A DNA stretch of 32,000 bases from Promethearchaeota archaeon (GCA_048938385.1 JBHLMG010000001.1:183703-215702), one strand, 5' to 3'; shown: positions 6,666 through 18,014, counted from the first letter of the stretch. Numbers and translations are program-made. The notes: a model not told the origin generated them from the letters alone.

Positions 6666-7280
6666 TCAGCTTCCGGCTACAATATCTGCAGGCGCGACTA
6701 GATAGTAGGTGGGTTCACCTTGACGGTCTAACACTGCAAGCATCAATTTCTTGCGATTGCGTTTTGCCTGTTTGGTGAAAACATCAAGTTCTGTTACTTT
6801 GAGAGGAGAACCTTCCGAAATAGTACAGACGAAATACTTAGCTGTTGCTTCATTAAGTTTGGCACCACGAGGATAAACCCGAAATAACAACCCTTTCCCA
6901 TACCCAGTACGGACAACATAGCCCCTACTCCGTAAATCGCTGTACACAAGAAAGCGTGTCCATAGCCCCAATTGCTTCTCTGCGAGTCGTTCAAGGAGAA
7001 CCGAAAATTCCAGCGTGTTCTTCTTTAAATCCTTCACCGAGATACGTTGCCGTCTCAGTAGCAATAATGCCTCTTCGGGTTCAAGGATAAGCGTTTGCGA
7101 GTCTTTCAAAGTTCCGTAATACCCGGCTTCAAACAATAGTTTCGCATGTTGCCCTGTGATTACCACGCGACCACGGGTTAGCTTTGCTTGAATGGGTTCA
7201 TCGGGGAGTTGAGATCGTTCATCGCTGGGCGTATCATCCTCAATGGTTTTTTCCTTGGTCATCCTTGAACACCATCTCAA
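6666..7280 (-). CDS. endA: tRNA-splicing endonuclease EndA-family subunit, likely non-catalytic (His replaced)
   Basis: 204 aa. C-terminal EndA fold signature FLVYSDLRSRGYVVRTGYGKGLLFRVYPRGAKLNEATAKYFV...KRNRKKLMLAVLDRQGEPTYYLV. The Tyr (RVY) and Lys (RKK) are present. The position aligned with the catalytic His (H-S/A-x-Y-L-V) is Thr. Start may be the Met at 7262. Confidence 0.82.
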   Translation of the reverse strand: MRWCSRMTKEKTIEDDTPSDERSQLPDEPIQAKLTRGRVVITGQHAKLLFEAGYYGTLKDSQTLILEPEEALLLLRRQRISVKDLKKNTLEFSVLLERLAEKQLGLWTRFLVYSDLRSRGYVVRTGYGKGLLFRVYPRGAKLNEATAKYFVCTISEGSPLKVTELDVFTKQAKRNRKKLMLAVLDRQGEPTYYLVAPADIVAGS

Positions 7281-7328
7281 GCGAAAAGAGGCGAAGCTAT
7301 ATAACCTCTTCCCGTCACCCCCAATTTA

Positions 7329-7817
7329 ATGAAATCCTGGCAACAACGACTCGAAGCAGTTTTTTTTAAATCTAATAAAACTGCCATTATCGGCATCGGT
7401 AATGACCTTAAAGCAGACGATGGCGTTGGACCCTACATCATCGACAAACTTCAAACTCAAGTCCCACCACACATCGAACTTATCAACGCCAGCACAGTTC
7501 CCGAGAATTTCATTAACCACCTTATTGAAACTACCCCTTCTCTGATCCTCCTAATCGATGCCGCATTAATGAACTCCAAACCCGGAACTATTCGTCTCAT
7601 CGACAAATCCAACATTGGAGGCGTGGCATTCTCAACCCATCAACTCCCCCTCACCTTCTTCATCGAATACATCGAAAACAACATCAAGACGACCATTCTC
7701 ATCCTTGGAATTCAACCTCTCACCGACGAGTTTACCCTCCCCCTCTCTCAACCCGTCCAAACCGCCGCTCAACAAATTATCAAAACCCTAACCCAGCTTT
7801 TCCAACAAAGCGTTTGA
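7329..7817 (+). CDS. Hydrogenase maturation protease-like (HycI/HyaD family)
   Basis: 162 aa. IIGIGNDLKADDGVGPYIIDKL, LIDAALM, FSTHQLPLTFFIEYIE and ILGIQPLTDEF motifs. Confidence 0.82.
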   Translation: MKSWQQRLEAVFFKSNKTAIIGIGNDLKADDGVGPYIIDKLQTQVPPHIELINASTVPENFINHLIETTPSLILLIDAALMNSKPGTIRLIDKSNIGGVAFSTHQLPLTFFIEYIENNIKTTILILGIQPLTDEFTLPLSQPVQTAAQQIIKTLTQLFQQSV

Positions 7818-7860
7818 AAACTCTTATAAGCAATTCAGTAAAACCTACTTCTTCGCTAAT

Positions 7861-7993
7861 CCCGGCGTAGCTCAACCTGGTAGAGCGTCTGGCTGTAGGT
7901 TAACACCGCACCCTGAGCCATCTTGGCAATGATTCGGTGCCAACCAACGCAGATACCAGATGGTTCCTGGTTCAAATCCGGGCGCCGGGACCA
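7861..7993 (+). tRNA. tRNA-Tyr(GTA) with 56-nt canonical 37/38 intron (7899-7954)
   Basis: CCCGGCG/CGCCGGG acceptor. TCTGG CTGTAG^...^A CCAGA. BHB central helix CTGT/GCAG. T-arm CCTGG TTCAAAT CCGGG. Encoded CCA. Confidence 0.93.
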
Positions 7994-8044
7994 AATCACA
8001 GAGTAACCTTTATATCACTCCTGACCTTGCAAAACTGAGGCTGC

Positions 8045-8152
8045 GCCCGTTTAGTGTAGCCAGGTCTATCATCTGGGACTGTCAATGGTCTATACTCGAT
8101 ATAGGCCAATGGATCTCCTAGGACTCGGGTTCAAATCCCGGAACGGGCGCCA
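8045..8152 (+). tRNA. tRNA-Asp(GTC) with 30-nt 37/38 intron (8085-8114)
   Basis: GCCCGTT/AACGGGC acceptor. TGGGA CTGTCA^...^C TCCTA. The intron folds into a 9-bp hairpin TGGTCTATA-CTCGA-TATAGGCCA. Encoded CCA. Confidence 0.92.
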
Positions 8153-8445
8153 TTTCTTCTCTTCGTCGGTCTTTTGCGCGATTTTGAGGTTTAAGCCTAG
8201 GACATCTGGCGGTTTAATCGAAAGCTTAAAAAGGCGTTTGTACATTGTCGCCGTAGTTCCGCAGACGGTCTGCTTCGCTGGAGCGACGGCTGGTTTGGCG
8301 CCGCATGTTTCTGCCTAGGCAAAATTACGGATGAGACAGTATTCCCGCTCTACAACGCTTGACAAAAAGGGATCAATCGTCTTCTCATGCGGGCTAAGGC
8401 TCGATGGGCTCATCGAAGGCATAGAACCGTTTTGTTGGAGTAGAA

Positions 8446-11400
8446 TTGCCATCCTGCATTGAGCAGATTAGCCTTAGAGGGTCGAGTATGGTACTATCAT
8501 CAGAAGACCGTTGGTCCGTAATGAAGTCCTTCTTCAGTTCAAAGGGATTAGTCAGGCAACACCTTGACTCGTATAATGACTTTGTAGAACGCCGCATCAA
8601 ACAGATTGTAAGCGATGTTGGTAAAATTGAGCCTGACATTGAAAATTACTACGTTCGGCTTGGACGAATAGAAATTCAAAACCCCTCAGTCCGTGAAGCC
8701 GACGGATCTGTGCGTAACATCACTCCCTCTGAAGCACGGATTCGAAACCTCACATATTCTTCTCCCATTTATCTAGAAATGACCCCAGTCTATCAGGACA
8801 AGAAAACGGGAATGGAATATGATGAGGAAACAACCAGCGTCTACGTTGGCCGACTCCCGATTATGCTAAAATCCGCCTTTTGTCGGCTTTCTGCTATGAC
8901 ACCTGAAGAGCTAGTCGAAGTGGGTGAGGATCCAAATGATCCTGGCGGTTATTTCATTATCAATGGTTCTGAAAGAGTATTAGTAACTCAGGAAGACCTT
9001 GCACCCAACCGCATACTAATTGAAGAAGCGACAAGTAGTAGCGCCTGTACTCACATGGCAAAGGTCTTTTCAACGGCTCGCGGATTCCGTGCTCCAGTAA
9101 CCATGGAACGACGGACGGATCATACCTATCGGGTGTCCTTTCCCTCGGTTCCTGGTAAAATCCCCTTAGTTGTTTTATTACGGGCATTAGGGCTAGTCAC
9201 AGACCGCGAAGTAGTTTCCGCTATCACCGATGATCCCGTGTTAGCCCAAGAACTAATTCCCAGCTTTCATGCAACTGAGGCGCTCGTAGTTCCTAAGGAT
9301 GCAAAGGCGACGCGTGAAAATGCCTTAGACTACATAGGAAAACGCGTTGCAGTTGGGCAAACGAAGGATTACCGGCTCAGACGCGCAGAACAGGTACTCA
9401 ACCGATATTTGCTCCCGCATATAGGAACGGATTCCGGGGCAGCCCTTGCTAAGGCACACTATGTAGGGCAAATGACTCAACGGCTTTTAGAGTTAAGCGT
9501 AGACCGACGCGAGCAAGACGACAAAGATCACTACGCCAATAAGCGATTAAAACTCGCTGGGGATCTACTTACAAGTCTCTTCCGTGTGGCTTTCCATAAC
9601 CTCACACGTGACATTAAATACCAACTCGAACGCACCGCTACACGAGGACGCAAACCCAATATCAAAACCGCTGTTCGCGCAGATGTCATCACAGAACGCT
9701 TGCGCCACGCCCTCGCCACAGGGAACTGGGTTGGGGGCAAAGCCGGTGTAAGCCAGCTCCTCGACCGCGTCAACTACATGTCTTCCATCAGCCACCTCCG
9801 ACGAGTCGTTTCTCCCCTCAGCCGTAGCCAGCCACACTTCGAAGCCCGCGACCTCCACCCCACTCATTTTGGAAAGATCTGTCCCAACGAAACACCTGAA
9901 GGTCCGAATTGCGGGCTTGTGAAAAACCTTGCCTTAATGTCTCACATCTCCGTTGGTTCTGATGAAGCTGAAGTTGAGGAAGCGCTAATCTCGCTCAAAG
10001 TCCAACCTATCGATGCAAAATCGAAGGAGGAGAAAAAGAACTCGTATATTTACCTAAATGGGCGATTTGTAGGGACTCATTCACAACCAGAACTCCTGGT
10101 CACTCGTCTGCGTGATCGTCGACAACGTAATGAGCTGAATGATCAGGTCAACCTTGCATTTTACGCAGACACCAACGAGGTTCAAATCAACTCAGATGCA
10201 GGTCGAGTACGTAGACCATTAATTATTGTAAAGGAAGGCGTACCACTCCTCGAAAAACAGCATGTTGAACGGGTTAAAAGTCGAGAATTAACTTGGGAAG
10301 ACTTGGTGAAGGCGGGAATCATCGAGTATCTGGATGCCGAAGAAGAAGAAAACTCTCTCATCGCAATGCAGGTAGAGGAAATAACTCCAGAACACACTCA
10401 TTTAGAAATTGTTCCTGAAACTATATTGGGGATTTGCGCAAGTTTAGTTCCGTTTGCTGAACACAATCAATCACCACGTAATACCTATGAAGCTGGAATG
10501 GCAAAACAGGCATTGGGCTTATACTCAGCGAATTTTTCCTTGCGTGTTGATACACGAAGTCATCTACTCCACTATGTCCAAAGTCCTATAGTCACTACAC
10601 GACCAATGGAAGTTATCGGGTACATGCGAAGGCCGGCAGGACAAAACTTCATCGTTGCCATTCACTCCTTCCAAGGATATAATATCGAAGATGCACTAGT
10701 CATCAATAAAGCCTCCATCGAACGAGGAATTGCCCGTTCCTCCTTCTTCCGTTGTTATGACGCAGAAGAACGAAAATATCCTGGTGGACAGGAAGACAAA
10801 TTCGAAATTCCAAGCCGAGAGGTGCGAGGATACCGAGCCTCAGAAGCGTACCGGTTACTCAGCGAAGATGGGATCATTGAACCGGAATTCCAAGTAGGCG
10901 GCGATGAAATTCTCATTGGACGAACAAGTCCTCCCCGATTCCTTGAAGAATATACAGAACTAGAGGTTCCCGGTCCCAAACGGCGTGAAACCTCCGTGAG
11001 CTTACGACATGGAGAAGAAGGAACTATCGATAAAGTTCTCATTTCCGAAACTATTGACGGCAACCGGCTCGTGAAGGTGAAGGTTCGTGATGAACGCATC
11101 CCTGAACTTGGAGATAAATTTGCTAGTCGACATGGACAAAAAGGCGTTATTGGGCTTCTAGCTCCTCAGGAAGACATGCCTTTCACTGAAAGTGGAATTG
11201 TACCGGATCTAGTCGTGAATGCCCATGCATTTCCTAGCCGAATGACCCTCGGTCAAATCCTCGAATCTATGGCCGGGAAAATTGGATGCCTTCAAGGGAA
11301 ATCCATTGATGCGACTCCTTTCTCCGGAAGGAAACTTGAAGAAATGATTCGTGACCTACATGAACTAGGCTTCAAATATAGCGGTCGAGAAACCATGTAT

Positions 11401-11850
11401 AATGGGGTTACAGGTCACAAATATGATGTTGATTTGTTTGTTGGCGTTGTCTATTACCAAAAACTCCACCACCTCGTGGCAGACAAAATGCATGCCCGCG
11501 CCCGTGGACCTGTGCAGATTCTTACTCGACAACCCACAGAGGGTCGGGCTCGAGAAGGTGGATTACGCTTTGGCGAAATGGAACGCGACTGTCTTATTGG
11601 TCATGGCGCTGCCCTTCTATTACGCGAACGACTTCTAGAAGAGTCAGACAAATACACAGCTATGGTTTGCGAAGAATGTGGCATGCTTGCAGAATATGAT
11701 CGTACGAGGGACCGATACCGCTGTCGAGTGTGTTCTCCGAAAACAACTACCATCAGCAAAGTAGAGATGTCATATGCATTCAAACTCGTTCTACAGGAAC
11801 TCATCTCACTCGGTATTTGGCCCCGATTGAAATTATCCGATCGAACATAA
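8446..11850 (+). CDS. rpoB: DNA-directed RNA polymerase subunit B (single unsplit polypeptide)
   Basis: 1134 aa. SRSQPHFEARDLHPTHFGKICPNETPEGPNCGLVKNLA, DALVINKASIERG, GDKFASRHGQKG and a C-terminal zinc ribbon CEECGMLAEYDRTRDRYRCRVC. Likely start is the Met at 8488 (MVLSSEDRWSVMKSFF). Confidence 0.97.
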   Translation: MPSCIEQISLRGSSMVLSSEDRWSVMKSFFSSKGLVRQHLDSYNDFVERRIKQIVSDVGKIEPDIENYYVRLGRIEIQNPSVREADGSVRNITPSEARIRNLTYSSPIYLEMTPVYQDKKTGMEYDEETTSVYVGRLPIMLKSAFCRLSAMTPEELVEVGEDPNDPGGYFIINGSERVLVTQEDLAPNRILIEEATSSSACTHMAKVFSTARGFRAPVTMERRTDHTYRVSFPSVPGKIPLVVLLRALGLVTDREVVSAITDDPVLAQELIPSFHATEALVVPKDAKATRENALDYIGKRVAVGQTKDYRLRRAEQVLNRYLLPHIGTDSGAALAKAHYVGQMTQRLLELSVDRREQDDKDHYANKRLKLAGDLLTSLFRVAFHNLTRDIKYQLERTATRGRKPNIKTAVRADVITERLRHALATGNWVGGKAGVSQLLDRVNYMSSISHLRRVVSPLSRSQPHFEARDLHPTHFGKICPNETPEGPNCGLVKNLALMSHISVGSDEAEVEEALISLKVQPIDAKSKEEKKNSYIYLNGRFVGTHSQPELLVTRLRDRRQRNELNDQVNLAFYADTNEVQINSDAGRVRRPLIIVKEGVPLLEKQHVERVKSRELTWEDLVKAGIIEYLDAEEEENSLIAMQVEEITPEHTHLEIVPETILGICASLVPFAEHNQSPRNTYEAGMAKQALGLYSANFSLRVDTRSHLLHYVQSPIVTTRPMEVIGYMRRPAGQNFIVAIHSFQGYNIEDALVINKASIERGIARSSFFRCYDAEERKYPGGQEDKFEIPSREVRGYRASEAYRLLSEDGIIEPEFQVGGDEILIGRTSPPRFLEEYTELEVPGPKRRETSVSLRHGEEGTIDKVLISETIDGNRLVKVKVRDERIPELGDKFASRHGQKGVIGLLAPQEDMPFTESGIVPDLVVNAHAFPSRMTLGQILESMAGKIGCLQGKSIDATPFSGRKLEEMIRDLHELGFKYSGRETMYNGVTGHKYDVDLFVGVVYYQKLHHLVADKMHARARGPVQILTRQPTEGRAREGGLRFGEMERDCLIGHGAALLLRERLLEESDKYTAMVCEECGMLAEYDRTRDRYRCRVCSPKTTTISKVEMSYAFKLVLQELISLGIWPRLKLSDRT

Positions 11851-11886
11851 ACCCCTTGGAAGGAGGCAATAACAATATCAAACCCA

Positions 11887-14523
11887 ATGAAAAAGGTTGG
11901 AAGTATTTGGTTTGGACTTCTCTCACCTGATATCATAAGAAAAATGAGTGTCACGCAAGTCATCACCGCTGACACCTATGACGAAGATGGACTCCCCATC
12001 TCATCAGGATTAATGGACCCTAAACTTGGAACTATTGAACCAGGTCAACGCTGTAAATCTTGTGGAAACAGGGTCGGAGAATGCCCAGGACACTTTGGAC
12101 ATATCGAACTTGCTCGTCCAGTAGTCCATGTGAGCTTCGATAAATTAATTAAGAAATTCCTTAAGGCCATTTGTCGACGCTGTGCCCGTCTAAAAGTAAA
12201 ACCAGACTCTTTGGAGAAATACAAAGAAAAGATGGATGCCTATTTCGAAAAATTCGGTCATATAGACCAAATACTCGCAGATGAAGTGCTTAAAGAGGCT
12301 GGGAAGGCCACAACTTGCCCTCATTGTGAAGCTGAGCAATTCAAGATCAAGTTTGAGAAGCCTACTACTTTTTATGAAGAAAAAATGGAAGGCAGCGTTC
12401 GTCTTACTCCCACTGATGTACGCGATCGCTTAGAACGAATCACATCTGACGACTGTTTTCTTATGGGCATCGACACTCGAGTCACCCGTCCTGAATGGAT
12501 GATTCTCACAGTACAACCTGTCCCTCCTGTAGCCGTGCGACCATCAATTACCTTGGAATCAGGTGTAAAATCTGAAGATGATCTAACCCACAAACTCGTT
12601 GATGTAATCAGAATCAATCAACGGCTGCGCGAAAATATCGAAGCAGGTGCACCTCAACTTATAGTTGAAGACCTCTGGGAACTCCTCCAATACCATGTTA
12701 CAACATATTTCAACAACGAAGTCTCCGGAATTCCGCCCGCCCGGCATCGCTCGGGACGCGCTCTTCGCACTCTCGCACAACGTTTGAAGGGTAAAGAAGG
12801 ACGGTTCCGCAGCAACCTCTCTGGCAAACGCGTTGACTTCTCAGCACGCACGGTCATCTCCCCCGATCCCAATCTCTCAATTAACGAAGTAGGAGTTCCA
12901 TTCGAAATAGCCAAAACCCTCACTGTCCCTGAACGAGTCACCGAATGGAACATCGAAGATATGCGCGAATTAGTTCTTCAAGGACCTCAAGGCTACCCTG
13001 GCTGTAATTATGTAGTTCGTCCCGATGGAAAACGAATTGATCTTCGGTATGTCAAAGATCGAAAGACGAACGCAGACGGACTCGCTCCCGGATACATCAT
13101 TGAGCGACATCTATATTCAGGAGACATCGTTCTATTCAACCGACAACCTTCACTACATCGCATGTCAATTATGGCTCACGAAGTCAAAGTCATGCCATAC
13201 CGCACATTCCGGCTTCACCTTGTGGTCTGCCCTCCCTACAACGCTGACTTCGACGGGGACGAGATGAATTTACATGTCCCCCAAAGCGAAGAAGCTCGAG
13301 CTGAAGCACGAATACTTATGTTAGTTCAAGAACAGATCCTTAGCCCACGGTATGGCGGTCCAATTATTGGTGGCATTCAAGACTATATTTCCTCAGCATT
13401 CCTTCTCACACGAAAGAGCTCCTTCTTTAATAAACGCCAAACCTGTCAACTTCTAGCCTCAGCAGGATACCGAAAAGACCTACCTCCTCCGGCAGTCAAG
13501 CGACCTGAACCTATGTGGACAGGTAAACAAATCTTCAGTATGTTGCTTCCCAGGGGCTTGAATCTTTCTCTAAAATCTCGGGTTTGTCAAAAATGCGATG
13601 TATGTCAAAAAGAAAAGTGCCCCCATGATGCCTTTGTAGTTATTCGAGACGGAAACCTGCTCACAGGAGTTATTGATAAAAAAGCCATCGGTGCTGCTCA
13701 ACCCGAGAGCGTTCTCCACCGAATTGCCAAAGATTACGGTAATGCTGAAGCACGCCATTTCCTTGATAGCATTTGTCCTCTTTTAGTGGTTCTTATTACC
13801 AACATGGGCTTTAGTATGGGAATTGACGATGTTATTCTCACACCTACAGCAATTCGGCAGATTGAACAAATCCTCTCTGATGCTGAAGAAGAAGGTAATC
13901 AGCTCGTCCAAATTTATGAAGCGAATCAGCTACAACGACTACCAGGGCGTTCAATAGAAGAAACTTTCGAAATGAAGATGATTGAAATTCTCGCCCGTGC
14001 CCGGGACAAAGCGGGGGAAGCTGCAAGCCAACAACTTGGTTTTGATAAACACGCAGTAATCATGACTGGCACAGGTGCAAAGGGTAATCCTCTAAACCTT
14101 GCACAAATGGCTGCCAGCGTCGGACAACAAGCAGTCCGAGGACAGCGTATCTCGAGAGGGTATCGACTACGAACCCTTCCCCACTTTATTAAGGGCGACC
14201 TATCACCTCAGGCACGAGGATTTGTAGTTTCAAGCTATCGAAAGGGATTGAATCCCATTGAGTTTTTCTTCCACGCCATGGGTGGTAGAGAAGGATTAGT
14301 CGACACTGCCGTTCGAACCAGTACGAGTGGGTACATGCAACGGCGATTGATCAACGCCTTACAAGATGTGAAGGTCGAATACGATGGCACTGTACGAAAT
14401 TCCAATGGAGAAATTATTCAGTTCAAATACGGTGAAGACGGAGTTGATCCTGCCCGCAGTGACCATGGTAAAGCTGTCAACTTGGATGTACTAATTGAAC
14501 GAGTGCTCAGCAAGGTGGACTAA
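11887..14523 (+). CDS. rpoA1: DNA-directed RNA polymerase subunit A'
   Basis: 878 aa. CKSCGNRVGECPGHFGHIEL, LSGKRVDFSARTVISPDP and catalytic YNADFDGDEMNLHVPQ. Start could be internal (MSVTQVITADTYDEDG at 11944). Confidence 0.97.
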   Translation: MKKVGSIWFGLLSPDIIRKMSVTQVITADTYDEDGLPISSGLMDPKLGTIEPGQRCKSCGNRVGECPGHFGHIELARPVVHVSFDKLIKKFLKAICRRCARLKVKPDSLEKYKEKMDAYFEKFGHIDQILADEVLKEAGKATTCPHCEAEQFKIKFEKPTTFYEEKMEGSVRLTPTDVRDRLERITSDDCFLMGIDTRVTRPEWMILTVQPVPPVAVRPSITLESGVKSEDDLTHKLVDVIRINQRLRENIEAGAPQLIVEDLWELLQYHVTTYFNNEVSGIPPARHRSGRALRTLAQRLKGKEGRFRSNLSGKRVDFSARTVISPDPNLSINEVGVPFEIAKTLTVPERVTEWNIEDMRELVLQGPQGYPGCNYVVRPDGKRIDLRYVKDRKTNADGLAPGYIIERHLYSGDIVLFNRQPSLHRMSIMAHEVKVMPYRTFRLHLVVCPPYNADFDGDEMNLHVPQSEEARAEARILMLVQEQILSPRYGGPIIGGIQDYISSAFLLTRKSSFFNKRQTCQLLASAGYRKDLPPPAVKRPEPMWTGKQIFSMLLPRGLNLSLKSRVCQKCDVCQKEKCPHDAFVVIRDGNLLTGVIDKKAIGAAQPESVLHRIAKDYGNAEARHFLDSICPLLVVLITNMGFSMGIDDVILTPTAIRQIEQILSDAEEEGNQLVQIYEANQLQRLPGRSIEETFEMKMIEILARARDKAGEAASQQLGFDKHAVIMTGTGAKGNPLNLAQMAASVGQQAVRGQRISRGYRLRTLPHFIKGDLSPQARGFVVSSYRKGLNPIEFFFHAMGGREGLVDTAVRTSTSGYMQRRLINALQDVKVEYDGTVRNSNGEIIQFKYGEDGVDPARSDHGKAVNLDVLIERVLSKVD

Positions 14524-15732
<1,209 letters not shown>

Positions 15733-15903
15733 AACACTAACGACGCCTTTACTGCTCTATAGGTGTGTGCAGAGAACTTAAAAAGGATGGTCAGAATGCA
15801 ACGCCTTACCCCCTCTCCGATGCCCTTATATGGAACGATGTTCTGCAAGCTTCGTTGCACACGGTATCGTGAATGACAAACACGAAAAAAGAGTGAATTT
15901 TTC

Positions 15904-16212
15904 ATGGATGCTGAAACCGCAATCCGATTGGCTGTGAAATCAGGAAAAACCATCTTTGGTGCTCAACGGACCCTACATACGCTTCGAACGAGTTCTCCAC
16001 GAGTCGTAATTCTCGCTGCAAACGCTCCCTCTGCAATCAGAGAAGAAATAAATACACTTGCTAAAGCAAATGAAGTGCCGATTCACAACTACCGAAGCAA
16101 TAGCTGGGATCTCGGGCAAGTTTGTGGGCGACCACACATGGTAGCAGCTATGGTCGTCCTAGATCCTGGAGATGCTGATATTGCTGCCTTAATAGGGGCT
16201 GGCAAGAAGTGA
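15904..16212 (+). CDS. rpl30e: Ribosomal protein L30e
   Basis: 102 aa L30e-like (SGKTIFGAQRTLHTLRTSSPRVVILAANAP) in the conserved position after rpoA''. Confidence 0.88.
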   Translation: MDAETAIRLAVKSGKTIFGAQRTLHTLRTSSPRVVILAANAPSAIREEINTLAKANEVPIHNYRSNSWDLGQVCGRPHMVAAMVVLDPGDADIAALIGAGKK

Positions 16213-16673
16213 CCTCATCAGATATCAAACTTAACATAGAAGAAATTAAACTGATGGCCCTCTTCGGTGACATTACAGGAGCAGAAGTCAAAGACTGCGT
16301 CGTCGACCAAGATGGAGAACGAATAATCTTTGTTGTGGGTCTAGGCCATCTTGGCCTCGCTATCGGACGACGAGGAGCAACCATCAAGCGGGCACGAACC
16401 ATCTTAAAAAGGGACATAGACGTCGTGGAAGAGGCGGCTTCCCCTGAGGGATTTGTTCGCAATGCCTTAGCACCAGCTAGGATAACCAATGTTGATGTTC
16501 AAGAACAATCCAAAGGCCGTAGAGTCGCCGTCGTCACGGTCAGTACTGAAAATCGTGGTCGTGTCATTGGCCGAAATGGCCGGAATATCGAGCGGGCACG
16601 CCTTTTAGCAAAACGCCATCACGGTATTGACTCAATCATTATCACAGACTCTTCTGCTGAAGCCACCTCCTAA
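16209..16673 (+). CDS. nusA: NusA-like KH-domain transcription termination/antitermination factor
   Basis: 154 aa. GLAIGRRGATIKRARTIL and GRVIGRNGRNIERARLLAKRHHGID KH motifs. Start overlaps the rpl30e stop. Confidence 0.9.
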   Translation: MTSSDIKLNIEEIKLMALFGDITGAEVKDCVVDQDGERIIFVVGLGHLGLAIGRRGATIKRARTILKRDIDVVEEAASPEGFVRNALAPARITNVDVQEQSKGRRVAVVTVSTENRGRVIGRNGRNIERARLLAKRHHGIDSIIITDSSAEATS

Positions 16674-16691
16674 TATGAACTCAGCCGATAG

Positions 16692-17198
16692 ATGGGAAGA
16701 GTTTTAAGTGAATTCGCGGAATCGCAGCACCCGACATTAAGAGGTAAAAACAGATTGCCTGGATCAAAATCGCCCTCTGGAGAATTTGCTGGCCGTTCAC
16801 TGAAGAAGAAACGCAAGAAGCTCCGCTGGAAGGATCGATACTACAAACGACAAATGCTTCGCTTAGATGTCAAAGCAGACCCACTTGAAGGAAGCCCACA
16901 GGCTCGCGCAATTGTGCTTGAAAAAGTAGGCATCGAATCCAAACAGCCAAACTCTGCCATTCGAAAATGTGTTCGGGTACAACTAATCCGTAATGGTCGA
17001 CAAATCACAGCGTTCCTTCCCGGTGATGGAGCGCTAACTTTTGTCGATGAACACGATGAAGTTATTGTTGAAGGCATTGGAGGTTCTCGTGGACGATCAA
17101 TGGGTGACCTTCCGGGAGTTCGGTGGAAGGTCGTAAAATGCAACGGGGCCTCACTTGAAGCAATGATAATTGGAAAAGTTGAGAAGCCACAACGATAA
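16692..17198 (+). CDS. rps12: Ribosomal protein S12 (uS12)
   Basis: 168 aa. [49 protein letters not shown]. The N-terminus looks ~25 aa longer than the usual archaeal core (start uncertain). Confidence 0.95.
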   Translation: MGRVLSEFAESQHPTLRGKNRLPGSKSPSGEFAGRSLKKKRKKLRWKDRYYKRQMLRLDVKADPLEGSPQARAIVLEKVGIESKQPNSAIRKCVRVQLIRNGRQITAFLPGDGALTFVDEHDEVIVEGIGGSRGRSMGDLPGVRWKVVKCNGASLEAMIIGKVEKPQR

Positions 17199-17220
17199 CC
17201 TGTCGAGGTGTCAAACGATT

Positions 17221-17859
17221 ATGTCTACTGAAACTCCTCCTAAACAATCTCCCTCTCCTAATATCAAAATTTTTGGACGCTGGAGTGCTAAAGATATTGA
17301 AATTAGTGATCCAGGACTCGCACAATACCTTAGTCTAAGTCCAGTTATTGTCCCCCACACTTTTGGGCGTCATGAACACCGCCGGTTCGGGAAGAAGAAT
17401 GTCCCCATTGTTGAACGGTTCATCAACCGATTAATGACACCTGGTTGGGCTCGTCGACGAAGCCAAGGAGCCCGCCAAGCAGGTCTTATCACAGGTAAGA
17501 AATCCACAGCTATTCGTATCGTTCGGTCCGCGTTTGAAATCATCCATCTGCGATCAGGTCAAAACCCGATTCAAGTACTCATTGATGCCATTATCAATGC
17601 CGCACCTCGCGAAGAAACCACGCGCATCTCTTATGGAGGAATTAGCTATCACACTGCCTGTGATGTTGCCCCCCTCCGACGCATCGACCTCGCTCTTAGG
17701 TTCATCTCCGAAAGTATCTGGCGTCGCAGTTTTAGCACCATCGAATCCGTGGAAGAAATTGTCGCTGACGAACTAATCGCCGCCGCGACTCGCGATGCTC
17801 GAAGCAACGCCGTACGACGGCGCGAAGAGAAAGAACGCATGGCGCTCTCCGCTCGATAA
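17221..17859 (+). CDS. rps7: Ribosomal protein S7 (uS7)
   Basis: VERFINRLMTPGWARRRSQGARQAGLITGKKSTAIRIVRSAFEIIHLRSGQNPIQVLIDAIINAAPREETTRISYGGISYHTACDVAPLRRIDLAL. The ORF opens at 17170 but the ATG at 17221 fits the gene context. Confidence 0.95.
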   Translation: MSTETPPKQSPSPNIKIFGRWSAKDIEISDPGLAQYLSLSPVIVPHTFGRHEHRRFGKKNVPIVERFINRLMTPGWARRRSQGARQAGLITGKKSTAIRIVRSAFEIIHLRSGQNPIQVLIDAIINAAPREETTRISYGGISYHTACDVAPLRRIDLALRFISESIWRRSFSTIESVEEIVADELIAAATRDARSNAVRRREEKERMALSAR

Positions 17860-18014
17860 CCTCCATGTCTTCGTTCCTTCTCCATATTAACGATTCAACT
17901 AGTAATAACCTGAGATGCTCTGTGAAACGATAACGCCAAAAGAGTTTTATATTTCGCACTGAAACTCCCTGAACCTGTTAATGCCAGCTTAACAAAGAGT
18001 GAGCTGAACAGACA

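Noticed and set aside
8394-8639. Minus-strand ORF overlapping the rpoB start
   Set aside because: Antisense to the conserved rpoB N-terminus, with no recognisable motifs.
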